In this document: in pieces, positions 58,279 through 64,000 of the stretch | Layout: the number at the start of each line of letters is the position of its first letter | How positions within the stretch are numbered: position 1 is the first letter of the stretch | DNA from: a virus | Taxonomy: Duplodnaviria; Caudoviricetes | Virus record (IMG/VR): IMGVR_UViG_3300022661_000051 | Reading direction: 5' to 3' (one strand) | DNA: 64,000 nucleotides | Notes under the pieces: generated by a model | What the model was told of the DNA's origin: nothing | The model's input: only the letters and a program-made list of their open reading frames with translations | Database searches by the model: none | Made by a program: the position numbers and the translations under genes

Positions 58279-59148
58279 TCATTTACGAATGATCTGCTTA
58301 GCTGCTTCATAAGCTGATTCCATAGTAGTACAATTACAAAGGAATCCAGAGTTATGACAGAAAGTCATAGATCCAGGAAGTTCAGATTGGGGTTTACCAC
58401 ACCATTCCTTTGGGAATTGATAATCTGATTCCATTGTGTTAATTGCTTTCGGAAGAACCTGAGCAGCAAAGCCGCCTCTGAGGTGAGGATATATTACAAC
58501 CTTCACTGTAGGAAGTTTTGTAAGACAATATCTAATGAAATCGGCATACTTATCGAGAAACAGAACAGTACCATTTTCATTAACTCTTCCATTCGCATCG
58601 ATATAGCTCCAGGCTGCATTTCTATTATCCAGCTCCGCAAACTTTCTTTTAATGATCTTTTCTGCAATATCTACAGCTTCACTGAAACGTCTGTTCTCAA
58701 GAATATCTCGAGCCGAGCTGTCCGGTATAATATAATTTGCGCTGTAATGTTCGACTTCTTCGATCGTTGGGTTGAATAATCGTATCATGTCATTGATAGC
58801 ACACTTCTCTCCACCGTTATCATGGTTATCAATTGGCTGAACGAATTCTTCATCAAAAGTAGGATATTTCTCCCAATCTCCAAACTCTCTCCAGAGAAGT
58901 CCAAATGCGGCATACTTTATACCGTTAGGACGAACTTCTGCATCTTTCTGATGATGATCGAACTTACCAAGTCCAATATCATAAATGATAGTGTCAGGAC
59001 TATTAAGAATTTCCTCATCAACTTCGTTGAGCTTTATTGTTCTTATGATAGAGATATCGTGTTCCTTAAAAAGTATTTTAAGAAGCGCAGTTGAGAAAAC
59101 CTCATCTGCATGGAACTGAGTGCTATGTGTTATTAAAATTTTGGACAT
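58279..59148 (-). CDS. MYG1-family (DHH superfamily) exonuclease
   Basis: THSTQFHADE, YDIG..FDHHQ, YAAFGLLW and FCHNSGF motifs. Confidence 0.88.
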   Translation of the reverse strand: MSKILITHSTQFHADEVFSTALLKILFKEHDISIIRTIKLNEVDEEILNSPDTIIYDIGLGKFDHHQKDAEVRPNGIKYAAFGLLWREFGDWEKYPTFDEEFVQPIDNHDNGGEKCAINDMIRLFNPTIEEVEHYSANYIIPDSSARDILENRRFSEAVDIAEKIIKRKFAELDNRNAAWSYIDANGRVNENGTVLFLDKYADFIRYCLTKLPTVKVVIYPHLRGGFAAQVLPKAINTMESDYQFPKEWCGKPQSELPGSMTFCHNSGFLCNCTTMESAYEAAKQIIRK

Positions 59149-59152
59149 GATA

Positions 59153-59479
59153 TTAACCCTCCTGAATGTCGATCTTTGTTATTACGCAGTTCTTCGCTGC
59201 AGTAAGAATTTCATTAGAGATTTTGTTTTTGTCCTTATCGCTGATACTATCGATAACTTTAACGATTGTAGCGTTATGAATATTAACGAGTTCGTTTATT
59301 ACGGTAATATTAGTATCATTGATATTTTTGTATACGACTTTCGGTAAACCGTCCGGCATTGAGAAAGACTGCAATCCTCGATGCATTATGTATTTTTCCT
59401 CATTCGTTTTATTGTCTTTGACTTTGTAAAGTATACCTGCATCGAATGCATAAATACTTATAAGAGTTATACCTTCCAT
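59153..59479 (-). CDS. hypothetical protein
   Basis: GAGGAGG RBS, tightly coupled operon. Confidence 0.6.
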   Translation of the reverse strand: MEGITLISIYAFDAGILYKVKDNKTNEEKYIMHRGLQSFSMPDGLPKVVYKNINDTNITVINELVNIHNATIVKVIDSISDKDKNKISNEILTAAKNCVITKIDIQEG

Positions 59480-59480
59480 T

Positions 59481-59759
59481 TTAATCCTCCTCGTCATTTA
59501 TATATTTATAATAATACTTGTCACCATCAGAGTCTTTTTTATATATCATACCATGCTCATCATATTTATATTCCCAATGATATTCATTACCATCAGAGTC
59601 TTTTTTATATATCATGTTGCCATGGTCATCATATTTGTATTCCCAATAATATTCTTTACCATCAGAATCTTTTTCATATATGACATTGCCATGCTCATCA
59701 TATTTATGTATGCAACCATCATTACGAATGTACATAGTTAATATACGTTTCTTACTCAT
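59481..59759 (-). CDS. small YD/RHS-like repeat protein
   Basis: Three ~24-aa repeats of KYD(E/D)HG(N)xIYxKDSDGxxY. Confidence 0.7.
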   Translation of the reverse strand: MSKKRILTMYIRNDGCIHKYDEHGNVIYEKDSDGKEYYWEYKYDDHGNMIYKKDSDGNEYHWEYKYDEHGMIYKKDSDGDKYYYKYINDEED

Positions 59760-59775
59760 AATTAGCCTTCCTATC

Positions 59776-60192
59776 CTATAATAAATATAAATTTTCGATC
59801 ACCCTTGGTCCAAAGGTGATCTTTGTTACTTTAATCATGATATTACATTTCGGATCATCTGGATCTTCATACATTAATCCAGAGATTCGAACTACAGGAT
59901 CTGATATCTTAGAAGCATTTAAAGTGTCGTTCACTTCAATAACAAGTCTGAGTTCTTCTCCTACTGTTTCGATTGAAAAGACCTTACCTATAACAATATC
60001 CTTCATTGGATTAGGGAGGATATCAGACTCTACATCCCGTATAGGATCAAGGAGATATACAACATCTCCTTTTTTGATGAAGTCGCCTATACGGTGAACT
60101 TCATCGTAGTTTTTCACAGTCTTCCCTTTATAGTACATTTCCTGAGCATTTTTCTGTACCATAAAGGGAACTTTAATGAATGTATTATTCAT
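59776..60192 (-). CDS. hypothetical protein
   Basis: GGAGG RBS, operon. Confidence 0.65.
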   Translation of the reverse strand: MNNTFIKVPFMVQKNAQEMYYKGKTVKNYDEVHRIGDFIKKGDVVYLLDPIRDVESDILPNPMKDIVIGKVFSIETVGEELRLVIEVNDTLNASKISDPVVRISGLMYEDPDDPKCNIMIKVTKITFGPRVIENLYLL

Positions 60193-60194
60193 AT

Positions 60195-60581
60195 TTATCC
60201 CTCCTGTGTATTGAATTCTTCTCCCTTTACCAGAATACGATGAATATACATGAACTCACGACGACGCGGATGTTTTGCGAAGTTCTTATATGTTATAAGA
60301 TTATAGTTATTATCATCCAATACCGGACATGTAGTTGTTACTATTCTGAAATAAAGATTAAGATGTCTTTTAAGAATAGTAACAACAACCTGTGCCCAGA
60401 GTTTATTATCAAAGAATAATGTTTTTGATAAGTCGGTTGTGAATTCTGTTCTGTGATATTTATCCAGTAGCGTACCATTCCATACAGGGTCTTCTGGAAT
60501 TTCAGCAACCCTCATGTTTTCGTTACTTGTTTCGGTAAAAGATGCGGTTATATAAAAATATTTTCTCTTCTTATTGTTCAT
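60195..60581 (-). CDS. hypothetical protein
   Basis: AAGGAG RBS. YFITA..W..TLFFD pattern shared with the adjacent gene (possible paralog). Confidence 0.6.
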   Translation of the reverse strand: MNNKKRKYFYITASFTETSNENMRVAEIPEDPVWNGTLLDKYHRTEFTTDLSKTLFFDNKLWAQVVVTILKRHLNLYFRIVTTTCPVLDDNNYNLITYKNFAKHPRRREFMYIHRILVKGEEFNTQEG

Positions 60582-60595
60582 TTTAATTAATCTCC

Positions 60596-60982
60596 TTAGT
60601 TTTTTGGTTTAAAATAAATTAATCCGTCTTTGCCGGTATATGTGCCATTGAAAGTATACAGTTTATCAGGATCGATATCTTCCTCATTTATATACCTTCC
60701 CTGAATACTTGTGGTAAATCCATCGCTTATTAAGCCATACTCTTTCAAGATTTCTGCCATTCTTTTAGCATAACATTCGCAATCAAATAACAGAACATCC
60801 GTAGGTTCTGATTTAATAAACTGCGCCGATATGATAGAATTAGAATCTCGATTCCAATCGATATCTGTCAGATGATATACTGACCATGATCGATTACCAT
60901 CATGAGCCGTGATGAAATAACACTTTATTTTCATAGGCACTCCTTTCTTTAATTTTGAATCGTTCTCGTATAATGTATCCAT
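60596..60982 (-). CDS. hypothetical protein
   Basis: YFITA..W..LLFD pattern; probable paralog of 60195-60581. Confidence 0.6.
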   Translation of the reverse strand: MDTLYENDSKLKKGVPMKIKCYFITAHDGNRSWSVYHLTDIDWNRDSNSIISAQFIKSEPTDVLLFDCECYAKRMAEILKEYGLISDGFTTSIQGRYINEEDIDPDKLYTFNGTYTGKDGLIYFKPKN

Positions 60983-61020
60983 ACTTATACCTCCTTTATT
61001 CCATAGTTTCGGGATATGTT

Positions 61021-61779
61021 TTATATGATTTCCATTACATGGTTATACACATCAGAATAGGTTGAATTGATATAGTGTAAACCATCAGATGTATAGAATC
61101 CGTTTTCGATCATATAAGTATATGAGTCGATAAATGAAATATCTGATCTGAGACCATTTTTCATTGTTTCATTGAAGTACTCAATATCGTCATTGAGATA
61201 TTCATAGTCGCAGTTGCAAGGATTAACCGATAATACGAATATGTTATTATTTGCTAAGAATTCTTCAGGCAAGTTGTTATAAATCTCGAGATATGAATTC
61301 ACATTATGAAGATCGTTAACTCCAAGATTGAAGATTATATTGTTTCCTCTTAAAGAAGTTATATTATAGATATTACTTCTAAGAAGTTCAATACCGGCAC
61401 CAACCTTGGCAGTGCAATCGATATTAGTGATAGAAGATAATCCTACCGTTCTCGAATCTCCTACCCAATAATATTCGTCATATGATTTGACAACAGTAGA
61501 GTTGTTGTTTGTTACGATTTCATGTGACGAAGTTGTTGATGAAGTCGTAATAACAGTTGTATCTGTTGTTGTAAAAGTGATACGATTAGATGTAGTAGTT
61601 GTTTCTATAGTAGTTGTAGTAGTTTCTGATGTTGTAGTTGTTGCAACAACATCGTTTTTACTATTATCCGCTTTAGGCTTAGCTGTTCTTGACATGTATA
61701 CTATCATGATTGTAAGTAAGATCATGAATGATATTGTGTAGAATAATACAGTTATACCCTTATTTGAAACTTTTCTCAT
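61021..61779 (-). CDS. membrane-anchored SGNH/GDSL hydrolase with Thr-rich linker
   Basis: TM helix, T-rich linker, VGDSRT, LGVND and DGLHY catalytic blocks. Confidence 0.85.
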   Translation of the reverse strand: MRKVSNKGITVLFYTISFMILLTIMIVYMSRTAKPKADNSKNDVVATTTTSETTTTTIETTTTSNRITFTTTDTTVITTSSTTSSHEIVTNNNSTVVKSYDEYYWVGDSRTVGLSSITNIDCTAKVGAGIELLRSNIYNITSLRGNNIIFNLGVNDLHNVNSYLEIYNNLPEEFLANNNIFVLSVNPCNCDYEYLNDDIEYFNETMKNGLRSDISFIDSYTYMIENGFYTSDGLHYINSTYSDVYNHVMEII

Positions 61780-61833
61780 TTTAATTTCCTCCTTGAAATA
61801 AGAGATAGAGGGCGATGAAGCCCTCTATCATTA

Positions 61834-64000
61834 TTATACTAATATCACCTTTGTTATTTCAGTTCCTTTAACAAGTCTAACTCCGGTTGATACCGTACTC
61901 GATAACGGAATATTCTCTGGCTTAACATCAACAAAGTCAGAACCTCCGTTTAACATACAGCGTATGACGCTTTGAGGTGTGACGCTTATAACACTTGCAA
62001 TAGAATCACCTTTTGCGAGCTTAATGACTCCACCCCCAGCTTTAGATCTACCTGATTTGATAGCTTCAGAACTGATTCTATTAAAGTAACCCTTAGTTGT
62101 TACAATAATAATATCTGCTGTCGGCTGCTTCAGAACTACAGAGAATCCTTCTACTTCCGTAGTTGTTCCTCCCATTGAAATATTTCCTCTAGTATTTCTC
62201 TTAATAAGAGGAATCTCTCCAATGGACATTTTCAGGGCTTTATTTTTACTGTATACGACAATATCCGAAGAGTTGCCGCTGAATAACATTACATTCACAA
62301 CATTATCGTTCGGATCGTTCTTAACGTATACAAGACCGGAATTTGGTACAGACAAGAAATCCGTAACTTCCATTCTTTTAATATATCCATTCTTTGTAAG
62401 CGTTACCAAATAACCATTCTTGAATTTCTCTATTACAGGTTCATAGATAACACAAGTTAACGGAGCATTGATATACTTATTAATTAAACGGATATCAGTA
62501 CCTGAGCTGTTTCTATCAGCAAAAGGTATCTTATGGATAGGTATATTGTACACCTTACCAACATTGTCAAATAATAAAAGACTCTTACTATTATCGCCAA
62601 CAATGACAAATTTAATAGCATCTTTACTATTTGGAATTGTATCGTTAATACCGATCTTCTTAATGAAGTTATTCTCAGTAATAACGACTTTAAATTCGCC
62701 AGCAGGAATTCCAGTAGCTTCTTCTTTCTTCATGATCTTACAAGTTCTTGGAGTTCCATATTTAGCTTTTATTTCGAGAAGTTCTTTGATAATAATCTCC
62801 TCGATTTTTCCATCAATGAGTATAGCGTCTCTACACTCATTTGCTACTGCATCGATCTCTGCTTTCTTAGACTTATACTCATTAAGATATGCTATAGAAA
62901 GTTTCTTGATCTCGCAGTTAATAAAGAACTTAGCCTGAATATCGGTAACATTAAGCTTCTTGATAAGTTTCTCAATAAGCTCAGCGTCATTGATAGTCTT
63001 CTGTTTCTTTATGATAGAAATAGCTTCGTCTGCTTTACCGCTTTCAATAGCCCAAATATACATTTCGTACATATGACTATTAGTAGCACACTTCTGAAGT
63101 CTATTGTGATAGTATCTGAGTTTAGTCATCTTTCTAAACTCAATCCACGCCTTAATATAGTCACTATAGTTAAGACGTTTTGTCGGAGAATTCTGGTCCA
63201 GACAATCGATAACCTTAAAGTTAACGCTACATGTCTGCTCCATTCTCGTGTTCTTATATATCGCGTCACGGATAAAATGAGGATCCGTTCCAGGACGAAG
63301 GATAAGAACATAATTCATGTCGTTAACGGTAGAACACTCTTCAGTATTGATAATACCGATGATTTTATTCGACTCTACCATCGACTCGATACCTTTTATG
63401 ATTGTACCGAGATATGTTATATTCGGACATGATCTTAAATGAAGAGTAGGATATCCTTTATATTTCTTATTATCTCCATTGTAAGTTCCTACTTCAATTC
63501 TGCCTCGAACCTTATATTTTCCTTTACCTTTATCAGAAATCTCTTTCCAATCTGTATCGATTATAGTACAACTCTGACAATGATCTGGAATTAGTACGAT
63601 ACTACCATTCGGATTCTTAATTAGATGTATGGTAGCATCTATAACCTCAGAGAGGTTGTGAGTAGGAATATCGATTTTATCTCCTACTGCCATATTCGAT
63701 GCACCGTTTACAAGAAGAAGCGGAAGCTTCGCTGGTAAGTACATCGGTTCTTTTAGTTCTGGTAAAACATCAGACTGTTGCCAGTCTACAATCTCTTTAC
63801 ATTTAATGAGATCGTCCAGTAAGACATCATACGTGAAGTTTGATATCTTTGTTTCAGTGTATCGTCCGGCAGCTCCTACGTCACCATTGGTATTACCGAA
63901 CTGACCTCTTCCATCAAAGAGAGGCATCTTGGTATTAAACCAATTGATGAGAGTATAAAGAGCTCCCTGAATAGCTGAGTCGCCATGTGGATGAAAATGA
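61834..64000 (-). CDS. gyrA: DNA gyrase/topoisomerase II subunit A (partial, runs off right edge)
   Basis: The frame continues upstream of 63927 through HPHGD. AAGRYTE catalytic Tyr, LLLVNG and C-terminal pinwheel repeats. Confidence 0.92.
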   Translation of the reverse strand, partial: HFHPHGDSAIQGALYTLINWFNTKMPLFDGRGQFGNTNGDVGAAGRYTETKISNFTYDVLLDDLIKCKEIVDWQQSDVLPELKEPMYLPAKLPLLLVNGASNMAVGDKIDIPTHNLSEVIDATIHLIKNPNGSIVLIPDHCQSCTIIDTDWKEISDKGKGKYKVRGRIEVGTYNGDNKKYKGYPTLHLRSCPNITYLGTIIKGIESMVESNKIIGIINTEECSTVNDMNYVLILRPGTDPHFIRDAIYKNTRMEQTCSVNFKVIDCLDQNSPTKRLNYSDYIKAWIEFRKMTKLRYYHNRLQKCATNSHMYEMYIWAIESGKADEAISIIKKQKTINDAELIEKLIKKLNVTDIQAKFFINCEIKKLSIAYLNEYKSKKAEIDAVANECRDAILIDGKIEEIIIKELLEIKAKYGTPRTCKIMKKEEATGIPAGEFKVVITENNFIKKIGINDTIPNSKDAIKFVIVGDNSKSLLLFDNVGKVYNIPIHKIPFADRNSSGTDIRLINKYINAPLTCVIYEPVIEKFKNGYLVTLTKNGYIKRMEVTDFLSVPNSGLVYVKNDPNDNVVNVMLFSGNSSDIVVYSKNKALKMSIGEIPLIKRNTRGNISMGGTTTEVEGFSVVLKQPTADIIIVTTKGYFNRISSEAIKSGRSKAGGGVIKLAKGDSIASVISVTPQSVIRCMLNGGSDFVDVKPENIPLSSTVSTGVRLVKGTEITKVILV

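Noticed and set aside
59481-59759. Diversity-generating retroelement TR/VR pair
   Set aside because: The repeats are tandem in-frame coding units, and no reverse transcriptase is present in the window.
1898-63432. Numerous short antisense or alternate-frame ORFs in the track
   Set aside because: Fully overlap longer genes with recognisable motifs and lack RBS/promoter support.
1-64000. Stop-codon reassignment
   Set aside because: Long conserved genes are intact under the standard code and end in TAA, TAG or TGA at sensible positions.
1-64000. tRNA, tmRNA, rRNA or chimallin genes
   Set aside because: No cloverleaf/TPsiC signatures recognised in the intergenic gaps, and no protein could be confidently assigned as chimallin by eye.

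Overview
AT-rich segment of a jumbo myophage of the phiKZ/AR9-like group. The strong GGAGG ribosome-binding sites and Thr-linker surface enzymes suggest a Bacillota (Clostridia-like) host. It encodes split beta subunits of two phage multisubunit RNA polymerases (virion and non-virion), a PhuZ/TubZ-like tubulin, UvsX/RecA, SbcC, NAD-dependent ligase, GyrA (truncated), ThyX, a dTMP-kinase-like protein, dCTP deaminase, a PC4-type SSB, a T4 gp21-type prohead protease, a paralogous array of internal head proteins, a holin and many small accessory genes. Two promoter motifs can be read from the intergenic DNA: an early-type TTRTATAYYATWNNNRTG (9 copies) and an AR9-like late AAC(A/T)-N6-T(A/G) (about 24 copies). 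The most unusual signal is seven ORF-less transcription units, each running from a late promoter to a GC hairpin. Three are large and highly base-paired, one carries repeated GCCG motifs, and six expose tracts antisense to Shine-Dalgarno and/or AUG-AAR-like start regions. This suggests a dispersed phage small-RNA system acting on translation initiation. Other highlights are an AcrIII-1 (DUF1874) ring-nuclease anti-CRISPR behind a five-hairpin leader, a TARG1-like macrodomain, and virion proteins whose cargo domains are bracketed by prohead-protease sites. All family assignments are by eye from motifs; no searches were run.
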